Virus record (IMG/VR): IMGVR_UViG_3300009161_000003
Location: 1 to 64,000 of that record
DNA: 64,000 bases
Strand: one strand, 5' to 3'
Source of the DNA: a virus
Both the position numbers and the translations under genes were made by a program. The notes below the pieces were generated by a model. It saw only the letters and a list, made by a program, of their open reading frames with translations. It was not told where the DNA came from and ran no database searches. The stretch's first letter is position 1. Each line of letters opens with the position of its first letter. Positions 1-9,650 of the stretch are shown one piece after another.

Positions 1-1085
1 ATTTCTGTTGAGTTAATTGTGGTTGTTGTACCGTTTACTGTTAAATCCCCTGACAAAACAAGAGATGTACCAGTTGCAGCACCAATGTTTGGTGTTACAA
101 GTGTTGGTGTATTAGCAAAAACAAGTGCTCCAGTACCAGTTTCATCAGAGATGATACCAGCAAGTTCTGATGAACTTGTTGCTGCAAGTGCGTTTAACTT
201 ATCTGTTGTTACAACAAGAGTCTTTGATGACGGGATAGTTGTACCGTTAACAGATGTAGCAGTAGCAACACCAAGAACTGGTGTAACAAGAGTTGGTGTA
301 TTAGCAAATACTAATGCGCCTGTTCCTGTCTCATCTGAAATAACTCCTGCAAGTTCTGCAGATGATGTTGCAGCAAGTGCTGAAATTTTGCTTGTTGTAT
401 AAACACCATTTGTTACTGTTGCAGCATTTCCAGTTGTAGAACCGGATGTTCCTGTTACGTTACCTGTTACGTTACCAGTAAGATTACCAGTAAATGTTCC
501 AGCAATTGCACCTGTTCCAGTAATGGTTGGGCTAGTAATAGTTGGAGTAGTTAATGTTTTGTTTGTAAGTGTTTCTGTTCCTGCAAGAGAGGCTACGTCT
601 GCATCAGTTACTGCAGTGTTTAATTGAGCCAAAGTTGAAGTAACTGTGTTTGAACCAAGTGATATTGATTTGTTTGAAAAAGTATTTGTTGATGAAGCAG
701 ATACTGTAATATCTGAAGTAAGTGCTACTGTACCTGTTGCATCTGGAAGTGTAATTGTCCGATCTGCGGTTGGATCTGTGGCTGCAAGTGTTGTCTCATA
801 GGCATCTGCTGTTGCACCTTCAAATGAAATTTCTGTTTGAAATACACCAACTGCTGCTGGATCTGACCACTGAACACCATAAGTTGCTCCTGATGCTGCT
901 GTGAGGACTTGTCCGTTGGTTCCAACGCCAAGACGTGCTACTGCATCATCTGCACTACCAACAATTAAATCACCTTTAGCATCTACAACTCCTGCGGTAA
1001 TAACATTCTTACCATTAACAGTTGCTGTTGATCCTTGAACAACTAAACCATTTTTTACTTTAAAATCTTTGTCTACTGTTGCCAT
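1..1085 (-). CDS. Tail fibre / virion fibre protein, running off the left edge
   Basis: ATG at 1085 after a GGAG SD. MATVDKDFKVKNGL..., with AKGDLIVG..RLGVGTNGQVLTA and a duplicated SDETGTGALVFANTPTLVTP motif. Not in the ORF track because it has no stop in the window. Confidence 0.8.
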   Translation of the reverse strand, partial: MATVDKDFKVKNGLVVQGSTATVNGKNVITAGVVDAKGDLIVGSADDAVARLGVGTNGQVLTAASGATYGVQWSDPAAVGVFQTEISFEGATADAYETTLAATDPTADRTITLPDATGTVALTSDITVSASSTNTFSNKSISLGSNTVTSTLAQLNTAVTDADVASLAGTETLTNKTLTTPTITSPTITGTGAIAGTFTGNLTGNVTGNVTGTSGSTTGNAATVTNGVYTTSKISALAATSSAELAGVISDETGTGALVFANTPTLVTPVLGVATATSVNGTTIPSSKTLVVTTDKLNALAATSSSELAGIISDETGTGALVFANTPTLVTPNIGAATGTSLVLSGDLTVNGTTTTINSTE

Positions 1086-1100
1086 TTTTTATCTCCTTTT

Positions 1101-1547
1101 TTATACCTTTAATCCCATACGTGCATAACGTACGGTGATAGGGGTTATACCGATAACTGGAGTAACCGTTACGGATACTGTATTTCCAGCACGGGAGACG
1201 CTAATGGTGCCAATATTCCCATCATTGTCGATTGTTCCATACTCACTGACAGACACATCTGTAGTGTCAGCAAGAATTGTCATTTCTGTTGCGTAATATT
1301 TATTTGCGCCACCAGAAGTCTTTTTAATAGAGATCATATACTTAACTGCTCTATATTCAGTTGCATCAAAATTATCAATTACTGTAGCACTTTCAATGCC
1401 GTTGATTGTTGACTCATTGTTTCCCGCACTACCCAAATCAGTTGCTTGAGCGCTTGCTGTGTCAATAAAGTCTTCAAAGTCCGTCTGTGAGGGACGATCT
1501 CCTGTTTGAAATCTTAACTTTAAGTTTGCTAGTGATAGTCGGGCCAT
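1101..1547 (-). CDS. Virion-associated protein (fibre C-terminal-like domain)
   Basis: ORF track; beta-rich; structural context. Confidence 0.6.
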   Translation of the reverse strand: MARLSLANLKLRFQTGDRPSQTDFEDFIDTASAQATDLGSAGNNESTINGIESATVIDNFDATEYRAVKYMISIKKTSGGANKYYATEMTILADTTDVSVSEYGTIDNDGNIGTISVSRAGNTVSVTVTPVIGITPITVRYARMGLKV

Positions 1548-1570
1548 GTTTATATTATAACATAATTTTA

Positions 1571-1888
1571 TTACAAAATATAGTTAGAAAAACCAATTAT
1601 CTGCATACCAATTCCTGGAGGATTTAAAGGATTTATACCTTCAATACCTACATTAGTTATCTTTAATCTAAATGGAAGTATTTCATTTATTGATACCTTT
1701 TTAGAATAGTCAACTGTTTTTATACCCGAAGATTTAAAACCTTTTATTGGAATTATTTTGGTTTTTGTTTTAACGTCAGTTAAAGTTGTTTTTGAATAAT
1801 TAACAGTTTTAATTTTGGAAGACTTAAAATCTTTTACTGAAGTTATCTTTGCTTTTGCCTTAACATCAGTTAATGTTGCTTTAGCCAT
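1571..1888 (-). CDS. Hypothetical Lys-rich protein with an internal duplication
   Basis: TLTDVK..K.KI...K.FKSS.IKTV.YSK occurs twice. Confidence 0.6.
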   Translation of the reverse strand: MAKATLTDVKAKAKITSVKDFKSSKIKTVNYSKTTLTDVKTKTKIIPIKGFKSSGIKTVDYSKKVSINEILPFRLKITNVGIEGINPLNPPGIGMQIIGFSNYIL

Positions 1889-1891
1889 TTG

Positions 1892-2308
1892 TTATGACTG
1901 ATCTGTAACTTCGCCAAGCATGATCATTTCTCCTTGACATACCGTCCAAACCCTTGTAGGATCTGTAAGTTGAACATCAAAAACATCACCAGTTCTTAAT
2001 TGTTTAGATTGAGCAGGAGTCAAAGAAACTAAAAACTCTCCATCTCCATCAGTTACTGATTGTACTGGTACTAATTTGAATATTAAATCATCTCCGACGT
2101 TATCAGAGTACCGTCTAAAATCGACCTCAATGTCCCAATCATCAACTACAATTGGATCTCCTGCATCATCTTGTACATATATTCTAAAAGAGGCGCTATC
2201 GCCAATTACAACCGTCCAGTTAACCAATGGTGGCTTATTTCCAATATTGTAGGTAGAAGGAGCCTTTACATCCATCTCTGATTCGTCTGGATTGCGGTAT
2301 TTAGCCAT
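1892..2308 (-). CDS. Virion structural protein (BppU-N-like GD[ST]xxF beta-sandwich)
   Basis: VIGDSASFRI...FDVQL...QGEM; resembles 5488-5865 and 6722-7135. Confidence 0.55.
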   Translation of the reverse strand: MAKYRNPDESEMDVKAPSTYNIGNKPPLVNWTVVIGDSASFRIYVQDDAGDPIVVDDWDIEVDFRRYSDNVGDDLIFKLVPVQSVTDGDGEFLVSLTPAQSKQLRTGDVFDVQLTDPTRVWTVCQGEMIMLGEVTDQS

Positions 2309-2420
2309 AAAGAAATTATATCACATTAAGTCTTTAAGTTGACTCAATCTCCAAATCCATGATATACTAGTGAGTAACACCATAACTTTATGGTGTTTTT
2401 GTTTCTAAGGAGGAACAGTC

Positions 2421-2960
2421 ATGACAACTAATAAGATAGTGATTGGAATACTCGCAGCAGTAACTGGAATTGCTTTGTTCTCTAATTCTAGTGCTAATGC
2501 TGAAAATAATTTGAGTAAAACAATGTCAAAAGAAGAAACAGCAACCGCTCAGGCGGTTTTTTTGGTTTCTAAGGAAAACAAATTAAATAGTTATAAGAAT
2601 GTTAGAAAGCAACTCAGTCCAACAGATTTAGTAGATCTTTTAGAATCTGTCGGTTTTGAAGGGTATGCACTAAAAGTTGCTTGGGCGACAGTAATGAAAG
2701 AATCAATGGGAACCCCTACATCCTTTAATGGTAATCGTAGTACAGGAGATAGTTCATATGGATTATTTCAAATCAATATGTTAGGATCATTGGGCGCAGA
2801 TCGACGGGATAAGTTTAACCTTGATTCCAACGACGATCTATTTGATCCCGTTAAAAATGCACAGATTGGCTACCACATGAGTGATGGTGGTAAAGACTGG
2901 TCTGCTTGGAAAGGTATTACTTGGAAGACTAAAGAGTGGTTAGCAAGGTATCCTGATTAA
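2421..2960 (+). CDS. Secreted lytic transglycosylase / lysozyme-like protein
   Basis: Signal peptide; catalytic ES, GLFQIN, DPVKNA and WSAW motifs; SD AAGGAGG. Confidence 0.85.
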   Translation: MTTNKIVIGILAAVTGIALFSNSSANAENNLSKTMSKEETATAQAVFLVSKENKLNSYKNVRKQLSPTDLVDLLESVGFEGYALKVAWATVMKESMGTPTSFNGNRSTGDSSYGLFQINMLGSLGADRRDKFNLDSNDDLFDPVKNAQIGYHMSDGGKDWSAWKGITWKTKEWLARYPD

Positions 2961-3190
2961 TCTTCTTTAAAAGAAACTCTAACCTGTCCCCATTTTCCTA
3001 AAGGACACTCTGCATTTGGCAGTTTAGTTTTTTGATTCATCAAACAACCACATTTTTTACATTGGCTTGTTAGGTGTATTAGTTCTGGACATGTTTTACA
3101 TATGTTAAAACGCTCTGTAGCAATTTCTGTTTCTACCCTGCCAATATTTTTATTAAATAAATCCCAAGGTCTTGCTTTTTTTTCTGACAT
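2957..3190 (-). CDS. Small Cys-rich metal-binding protein
   Basis: CKTC...CKKCGC...CPLGKW. Confidence 0.7.
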   Translation of the reverse strand: MSEKKARPWDLFNKNIGRVETEIATERFNICKTCPELIHLTSQCKKCGCLMNQKTKLPNAECPLGKWGQVRVSFKED

Positions 3191-3195
3191 TAGAA

Positions 3196-3420
3196 TTATT
3201 CTGGATTTGTAAATTCAGAGGTTAATGAGTTATAGGTTGCTCCAATTTTAACATCAGAGGTTCCATCATTGTGAACTTTATCACTAATATCTACAATGAC
3301 TGGATCGCTTAAAAGTATTGCACCTAATTTATCATTTGTGCGAAGCACGTCTACAACTTCTCCATCAATAATAAGTGCTAGTCCAATTGGAACAATTGTG
3401 AAGTCTGGCAAATCTGGCAT
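3196..3420 (-). CDS. Small tail-fibre-associated protein
   Basis: ORF with GGAG SD; context. Confidence 0.55.
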   Translation of the reverse strand: MPDLPDFTIVPIGLALIIDGEVVDVLRTNDKLGAILLSDPVIVDISDKVHNDGTSDVKIGATYNSLTSEFTNPE

Positions 3421-3457
3421 ATTTATCTCCTTTTAGTATAGTATACAGTATTAATTT

Positions 3458-4405
3458 TTATTGTGCAGCAAAATTATCCAATAAAGATCCAACATTTGTG
3501 GTTGATGGAGTTTTTACTATTCCAACACTTGTTCCTTTAGTTGGTGATGTAGCGGTATAAACAAGATCTGATCCCAATTGTGAAGATAGTCCAGCACTTG
3601 AGTACGCCTTTGCTGTTATTACATTTCCAGATGTTGAAACAAGAATAGATGAAGCGGTTGTATAACTAGAAGAGTTATTTTGAGTTGCTATTGTTGATGA
3701 TGTTGGGGTGGTGATTGTTCCAGAAACATCTGAATATATTGAAAGAGTTGTTGCTGTACAGGTTTGACAATTACAACTATATGTTGGATTATAAGACGCA
3801 CAGCCACCACCAGTATAACTAGAGCATCCACAGTGCGCTTCATTATACTCACTTACAACTGAATAAATTGCAGCACCATTAGTATAAGTACATCCTGAAC
3901 CACCAACATCGCCATCATTACTATCATAACATCTGCAACTTGTTGGTCCACCACTATAGTAGTATGCACCACAGGCCCCACAACCACTACAGACCTGCTG
4001 GTACCCTGATATATATGAGTATTGGCAGTAGGCCACAACGCAAACTGTTGGATTATAAGACGCACAGTCACCACCACATGTTTGGCAATTACAACTCGAA
4101 CTAGAATATGAAACAGAACTTGCCCACCAATTATTATTATCAGTTACCCAAAAAGCAACTCCTGGGCCACCATTTGTAATATCAGCAGAAACTGCTACAT
4201 TTTGAAGTCCTAAATTTATTGATGCTAATGGATAAGTACTTCCTGCATCTGAAGATGTTACTTTATTTGAAGATATTGTCCATGTGCCTCTTGTTGCAGA
4301 CCATGACTGCCCTGTGTCTGCTGAGCCTATAGATCCATCTGATCTATTGAAAGAATCAGTTATCCTGCTTAATATTGATGTGATAATTCCAAGTATATTT
4401 AGCAT
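3458..4405 (-). CDS. Virion protein with lectin-like beta-sandwich flanks and a Cys-rich central insert
   Basis: DSFNR..G..TGQSW N-terminus, LDNF C-terminus, 18 Cys in the centre. Confidence 0.7.
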   Translation of the reverse strand: MLNILGIITSILSRITDSFNRSDGSIGSADTGQSWSATRGTWTISSNKVTSSDAGSTYPLASINLGLQNVAVSADITNGGPGVAFWVTDNNNWWASSVSYSSSSCNCQTCGGDCASYNPTVCVVAYCQYSYISGYQQVCSGCGACGAYYYSGGPTSCRCYDSNDGDVGGSGCTYTNGAAIYSVVSEYNEAHCGCSSYTGGGCASYNPTYSCNCQTCTATTLSIYSDVSGTITTPTSSTIATQNNSSSYTTASSILVSTSGNVITAKAYSSAGLSSQLGSDLVYTATSPTKGTSVGIVKTPSTTNVGSLLDNFAAQ

Positions 4406-4414
4406 GGAATATCC

Positions 4415-5314
4415 TTAAGCCGTCAGGTCGCCTAGAAGAACCCAGGAGTTTGTTCCTACTTTAATAAGTGTTGCTGCTGAGTATTGTCCAGAAAGTTTTC
4501 TATTATTACTTTTACTATTTAATGTAACGCTTCCACTTACTGGTGCAACTGATGTTTGAACAGATCCTATTTGTAGAATGTCGACTCTTGCTCCCGCAGG
4601 AAATGTGGTTTCTAATGGAATTGTAATAATTGAAGTTGATGAAGATACGTTCATAATAATAATTTTTCCAGCATCTGTTGGATCTAATGTATAGTTTCCT
4701 GTTTTTGTTGATGAATCAACTGTTTGCTTTAATGTTGAAACAGCAGTTGGTGTTGCTGCTTTAATTGAAGAGGTTTCTGATGTTGAATCACTTAATTGAA
4801 CAATTCCTACAACAGATGTGGTTGCTGCGGTAGATGCTTTGTCATACGCTGCTTTTACTGCTGTTGGTGTTGCTGCAAGAATTGAAGATGTTGTTGATGT
4901 TGAATCTGATAGTTGAACAACTCCAGGTGTTGAAGTCGATGCTGCTGTAGGTGCTGCCCAGGAAAGTCCAGTGGCTGTGGCTGAATTTGCTGTAAGAAGA
5001 TGTCCGTTACTTCCAACCCCTAAGCGAGTTACTGTATTGTCTGCAGTTGCAACAAGTAAATCTCCTTTAGCATCTACAGTAGAAGCAAGAATTTGTCCGT
5101 TATTAACAGAAACAATTGAAGCAAGTTGTGTATCAATATCATATAAATATTTTGAAATGCCACCAGTTGGAGTAGCACCACTTGCAAGCGGAGCATCCTG
5201 TCCATAATGATAATTTCTTAATGCAATCTGAATGTCTGCAGCATCTGACATTGCTGGCATTTTTGCAAGGGGATATTTATGAGTTCCGTCAGTTCCAATA
5301 TTTGTGGCAGCCAT
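4415..5314 (-). CDS. Tail fibre protein
   Basis: Two phage tail-fibre repeats (GVVQLSDSTS.TSS..AATPTAV); C-terminal W.L.GDL domain. Confidence 0.85.
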   Translation of the reverse strand: MAATNIGTDGTHKYPLAKMPAMSDAADIQIALRNYHYGQDAPLASGATPTGGISKYLYDIDTQLASIVSVNNGQILASTVDAKGDLLVATADNTVTRLGVGSNGHLLTANSATATGLSWAAPTAASTSTPGVVQLSDSTSTTSSILAATPTAVKAAYDKASTAATTSVVGIVQLSDSTSETSSIKAATPTAVSTLKQTVDSSTKTGNYTLDPTDAGKIIIMNVSSSTSIITIPLETTFPAGARVDILQIGSVQTSVAPVSGSVTLNSKSNNRKLSGQYSAATLIKVGTNSWVLLGDLTA

Positions 5315-5341
5315 ACAAAGATTATACCATAATAATAAAAA

Positions 5342-5488
5342 TTATTGATTTATTGTAACAATATTACTTGCTTGAGTTACTTCTACTTCTTGATCAATTC
5401 CTGTTGAATTTGGAGCGGTATTGAGAACAATATTTAAATCTGATTCATAAACAGTTACTGAATCTAAATAAACAACAACTTCTGGCAT
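5342..5488 (-). CDS. Small hypothetical protein (48 aa)
   Basis: MPEVVVYLDS..., start overlaps the stop of 5488-5865. Confidence 0.5.
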   Translation of the reverse strand: MPEVVVYLDSVTVYESDLNIVLNTAPNSTGIDQEVEVTQASNIVTINQ

Positions 5489-5865
5489 TATGCACCAGTT
5501 ACATCGTCAGTTACTGTAATTTCTCCAGTTAAAAGTGTATATCTCAATGAGGCACCATTAAAAATTTCAACATCGTAATAATATGTTCCTCCACCAACTA
5601 AGTCTGCTCTAGCATCTGGTTTAATTACACAAGTAATAATATCTGTACTTGTATTTATTACTGCAGAAAGTTTGCTTGCGTCCGCAACACTATCAATTGA
5701 TGTGGTTGGGTTATTGCCTCTACTTGTAGAAATTGTAAAAACTGCTCCGGCAGCAGAATAAGAATCTAGTTGAAAAGTTGCTCCAGAAGAATTTTTTGGG
5801 GTAATTACAAACTGAAACGTGTCTCCACGATAATAGTCAAAGTTATATGTACCTGGGAATGCCAT
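5488..5865 (-). CDS. Virion structural protein (BppU-N-like)
   Basis: YRGDTFQF...YYYDVEI...LLTGEITV. Confidence 0.65.
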   Translation of the reverse strand: MAFPGTYNFDYYRGDTFQFVITPKNSSGATFQLDSYSAAGAVFTISTSRGNNPTTSIDSVADASKLSAVINTSTDIITCVIKPDARADLVGGGTYYYDVEIFNGASLRYTLLTGEITVTDDVTGA

Positions 5866-5880
5866 GATCTTATTATACCA

Positions 5881-6645
5881 CTAAGAAATGTGGACTAAGA
5901 TAGATTTGACTTTTACATCCCCGTCAAAATCTGCTCTAATTTGTGGATTAATACCATATTTTCTAATTCTATCATTTATCACGTACAAAGTTTGGGTAAC
6001 TGAAAAATCATAAAGATATTTATACTTTAGGTTTGCTACAAACTGTGTTGAATTTAAAGTTGCTTTTTCAGAAAAGGCTCTTATCCAAACCTCAGTATTA
6101 TTTCCATATGTTTCTAGTTCAAAACAATAAGTTATTTCAACTCTAGTGCCTATATCTAATCCTTTAAAGTTTAATTGTTGATTTGCTGCACTCCATAGAC
6201 TTACATTTCCTTTTGGCAAATATTCTTCGTTTGTCCCCTCAGATTTTGCATCGTTTAATATATTTACCCATCCTTCATCTCCGCTAGATAGTCCTACACG
6301 AATTTGTGACTGATCTAAATTTTCATAATATGCCCAACCAGACTTTTTATTTTGAGAAACTATTCCGTTGCTTGCAACAATTGACGATTCTCCTGGTTCT
6401 CCTTTTTGTCCTCTTTCACCTTTAGCACCTTGTGGCCCAGGATCCCCTTTGTCGCCTTTTGGTCCTATCTCTCCCTGTCTGCCAGCAATACCTTGTGGTC
6501 CTGGTGGCCCTACAAGTATTCTATAGTCTATATCGGGCACTGAGGGATTATTTGTTTCTACAACTGTTTCTGCTGCTGCTTCGGCATAGCCATATTTAGG
6601 CTTTGATTGCATCCCTGGAATTTCAGACTTTTTACTTATACTCAC
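5881..6645 (-). CDS. Collagen-repeat virion protein
   Basis: Gly-X-Y run GPPGPQGIAGRQGEIGPKGDKGDPG. Confidence 0.85.
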   Translation of the reverse strand: MSISKKSEIPGMQSKPKYGYAEAAAETVVETNNPSVPDIDYRILVGPPGPQGIAGRQGEIGPKGDKGDPGPQGAKGERGQKGEPGESSIVASNGIVSQNKKSGWAYYENLDQSQIRVGLSSGDEGWVNILNDAKSEGTNEEYLPKGNVSLWSAANQQLNFKGLDIGTRVEITYCFELETYGNNTEVWIRAFSEKATLNSTQFVANLKYKYLYDFSVTQTLYVINDRIRKYGINPQIRADFDGDVKVKSILVHIS

Positions 6646-6721
6646 TTATTAATTATAAAGGTTTTTAAGTTAACCTTAATTACCTTAGAGGGTGTAACTG
6701 CAGGTGATGTAACTTTAATAA

Positions 6722-7135
6722 TCATAATCCAGTACCTGTTACATCGCTAAGCACTACAATAGTTCCAATAACTGGTGTCCAAGTAACTTCTGATTCAACT
6801 GCACCAGACTCATCGTTAGGAATAATAATTTCCAAATCAAAAGGTAATTCTAAAACGGTATTTTTATAACCAGTTCCCCAAAGTTTTGTAATCTCAGAGG
6901 TAGCAGTAATAATAACATAACCAGTATATTTTTCAACGGTCAATTCATCTAAAGTATCACCAGAAGCATCATAAGAAGAAGAAACAAATGTCCAATCAGA
7001 AATATCTACAAAGGTAACTTCATCATCTTCTAAAAATTCTACTTTAAGAGTTGCTGTATCTCCACGAACTACTTTCCATTGGATATTTATAGGAGATGCT
7101 CCTACTTGATCAATGGAAGCGGTGACAGAACTCAT
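6722..7135 (-). CDS. Virion structural protein (BppU-N-like)
   Basis: VRGDTATLKVEF...FDLEI...GTIVVLSDVT. Confidence 0.6.
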   Translation of the reverse strand: MSSVTASIDQVGASPINIQWKVVRGDTATLKVEFLEDDEVTFVDISDWTFVSSSYDASGDTLDELTVEKYTGYVIITATSEITKLWGTGYKNTVLELPFDLEIIIPNDESGAVESEVTWTPVIGTIVVLSDVTGTGL

Positions 7136-7163
7136 AAAATTATTATACCATACGGTTTTTCAT

Positions 7164-7192
7164 TTGACAGATCAGGAAAGTTCGTGTATACT
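7164..7192 (+). promoter_or_regulatory. Consensus sigma70/SigA promoter
   Basis: TTGACA-17 nt-TATACT. Confidence 0.65.
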
Positions 7193-7265
7193 TAAAATAT
7201 ATAAGAAAAAAGATGTATCTTTAAGTTAAATATATAGAAGATATCTTATATATAGTATATATATA

Positions 7266-7475
7266 TTATGGATGATTTTTTAAATGATCAATTAAGAGAT
7301 CGAACATTTTGTCAGTTTTTTGTTCTACTCTAGTTAAAGAGTCTTTCATCGATGATCCAGAATTCGGCTTAAGTTCGATTAAATAATGTTTTACAAGCCA
7401 CTTGATTCCAAAGGCGATAGATGATACAATTGTAAGTATTGCAACAATTAATGAAGCCCAGTCCTGTATAGTCAT
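7266..7475 (-). CDS. Small single-TM membrane protein (holin-like)
   Basis: N-terminal TM followed by ELKPNSGSSMKD and a coiled coil. Confidence 0.6.
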   Translation of the reverse strand: MTIQDWASLIVAILTIVSSIAFGIKWLVKHYLIELKPNSGSSMKDSLTRVEQKTDKMFDLLIDHLKNHP

Positions 7476-7509
7476 TGTAGGATTATTATATCATCATTTA
7501 AGGAGAGTT

Positions 7510-8280
7510 TTGAAAAAAGAAATACTCAGTACGCTTGAATACTCAAAAAATATAATTATATCTCCAGATGTTGATGGTTTAATGAGCGCAACACTTCTTT
7601 CTCGAAATTTGGGACATCGAGTCGTCGGCACATATGACAAAAGTATTTTATGTTTGGCGGAAGATATAAATCCGGCGGAATGTCTGTTTGTCGACTGCGA
7701 TATGAATACTTCAGAGTTCGCGTCAATTGGAAATCATATGCGACTTATGGAAGATAACATCTGTATCGAATCTTTTAATCCAAATGTTCACTTCGCCACC
7801 AAAAAGTATAACGAAAAGTTCCCTTACGCAACCTGTTACTTAATCGCGTTTGCAATAGAGGCACAAACCACCACTTTAGACAAACAACGCATGGCATATG
7901 CAGATTCGACATACAAAAATGCTGTCGACTATGCAGAGAATATGCGAAATTGGTCTACTAGGATGGATGATGAGAATGTCCGATATGTTTTGTCTGATGA
8001 AGTAGATGTTTCCAAAGTAGCAAAAGAGTATGAAGAGAAACAAGGTTTGGTATCTCGTAGACTTGGGCTAGAAAAGTATTTGGTTGAGATGAATACCGCA
8101 TTAGAGAAACATTCTGCTTGGAATTTTGCATTTCCTGAGAAATTAACAACAATTAAAAAATATAAAACGGGATTAGTTGACAAAAATACTGCTATACGGT
8201 ACAATAAAGATATAATCTCCTATGCTGAGATCTACGGTGGAGAATATAGTGTTACCTACAAAGATTTGGAAGAGGTATGA
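7510..8280 (+). CDS. DHH-like phosphoesterase
   Basis: SPDVDGLMSA, FVDCD, GNH motifs; TTG start after AGGAG. Confidence 0.55.
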   Translation: MKKEILSTLEYSKNIIISPDVDGLMSATLLSRNLGHRVVGTYDKSILCLAEDINPAECLFVDCDMNTSEFASIGNHMRLMEDNICIESFNPNVHFATKKYNEKFPYATCYLIAFAIEAQTTTLDKQRMAYADSTYKNAVDYAENMRNWSTRMDDENVRYVLSDEVDVSKVAKEYEEKQGLVSRRLGLEKYLVEMNTALEKHSAWNFAFPEKLTTIKKYKTGLVDKNTAIRYNKDIISYAEIYGGEYSVTYKDLEEV

Positions 8281-8471
8281 TGAATAGAAAAGAAATTGAA
8301 GCAATTATTATTGAAGAAATGGTTAATTTGTACACAGAAGAAGGAAATGCAGTTAATGTTCCTACAAAAATGATTGAAAGAGGAATTCGTCTGGCGATGC
8401 CTGGCTGGGAATTAGTTGCAGAAAGATTATCTTCAAGGCTAGAAGAAAAATTGTTAAATATCGCAACTTGA
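8277..8471 (+). CDS. Hypothetical protein
   Basis: Coupled ORF with GAGG SD. Confidence 0.55.
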   Translation: MMNRKEIEAIIIEEMVNLYTEEGNAVNVPTKMIERGIRLAMPGWELVAERLSSRLEEKLLNIAT

Positions 8472-8522
8472 CTTTAAAATATCTATGGTTTATACTTGAT
8501 ATAACAACTACGAAGGGTTAAA

Positions 8523-9545
8523 ATGTTTAAAGTAAGAGTATTATTGGCTTCTCTGTCATTTTTATTGGTTTCTGCTGTTCCATCCCAGGCAAATTGGTCT
8601 GTTTTAAGCGAAAATTCTAATTCTGTCAGGGAATTTGTGGTTTCATCAGATGAAGTAGTCTCAATTCCACAAGTTGGCAAGATGTATGCCGTAGTTGAAG
8701 ATGGCATGATCATTAAATTTGTTACCTGGACATCAAAAATGCAACAAGAACTGCTAGTTTCACTTCCATACTCACTTATGGTTAACTATGTCGACATTAG
8801 TGGCATTTTAAGAGCAGAGCCTATCAATCATGGCGATAAAATCTACGTTCAAACCACTCCAACCACCAAAGTTGAGTTAAATAACGAATTTGTAAGTGCT
8901 CCAGTAATCGATCTGCCTATTTTCGACGGGATCCCAGTTGAGCAATACGCAACAGAGGTAATATCTAAAGAAGCAAAGGCTGATTACTCAACATCTATCA
9001 CAGTCAAGCCAATTGAAAACAACGATCCAAACAAAATCGTTCAGGTTCAGGTAATTTCCAACGGTATGTCATTTACAAGCATAACCACAGATAACACAAA
9101 CACTCCAGTTGTAGTAAACAACCTTCCAGCAAATGCTCTTGTAACGGTACAAACAGTTATCCGCGATATGGTAACAAACTCAGACACAATTATCCAAAGT
9201 GTATTGACACCAACAGTAGTTGTGGATATTCCGGTTTTGCCTAATAGTCGTAATGTTGAAGAAGATAGGGCTAACATTTCATCCCCGAAAGTTTTGAGTC
9301 AAAATGAAGGTCGGGGCGCCACCATTTCTTTCGATCCAATCGCAAACTTTAATTCTGATAAAACCAGAGCAGCAATTATGGTTGTAAGTCCAAGTGGTGC
9401 TACCACATACATTGGTATTGATGGTAATGGAGGATCTGTGAATGTTGCTGATCTATCCCCCGAAATTAATTACGTGTATAAAATGGTTATTCGGGATATG
9501 GACTCAAGCGAAGAAACCGTTATATTAGGATCCTTGAGTAAATAG
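8523..9545 (+). CDS. Secreted protein with two FN3-like beta domains
   Basis: Signal peptide; repeated V.V..L.P...Y..(T/M)VIRDM. Confidence 0.6.
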   Translation: MFKVRVLLASLSFLLVSAVPSQANWSVLSENSNSVREFVVSSDEVVSIPQVGKMYAVVEDGMIIKFVTWTSKMQQELLVSLPYSLMVNYVDISGILRAEPINHGDKIYVQTTPTTKVELNNEFVSAPVIDLPIFDGIPVEQYATEVISKEAKADYSTSITVKPIENNDPNKIVQVQVISNGMSFTSITTDNTNTPVVVNNLPANALVTVQTVIRDMVTNSDTIIQSVLTPTVVVDIPVLPNSRNVEEDRANISSPKVLSQNEGRGATISFDPIANFNSDKTRAAIMVVSPSGATTYIGIDGNGGSVNVADLSPEINYVYKMVIRDMDSSEETVILGSLSK

Positions 9546-9650
9546 GTCTTCTTGTATCCAAGGAGAGTTTGAATCTATAGGGGTTTGACAATCGCAATGT
9601 TGACAAACCTCTTGTTGAAAAACCTTTAATGCAAAACCATTGTTTTCCAT
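9525..9650 (-). CDS. Small Cys-containing protein, leaderless
   Basis: TATAAT-6 nt-ATG at 9650; CQHCDC. Confidence 0.45.
   Translation of the reverse strand: MENNGFALKVFQQEVCQHCDCQTPIDSNSPWIQEDLFTQGS

Noticed and set aside
2330-2420. c-di-AMP (ydaO) riboswitch before the wall hydrolase
   Set aside because: The leader is only about 45 nt, too short, and lacks the conserved elements
3782-4076. Direct repeat as a diversity-generating retroelement TR/VR pair
   Set aside because: Only 31 bp with one mismatch, both copies coding, and no reverse transcriptase in the window
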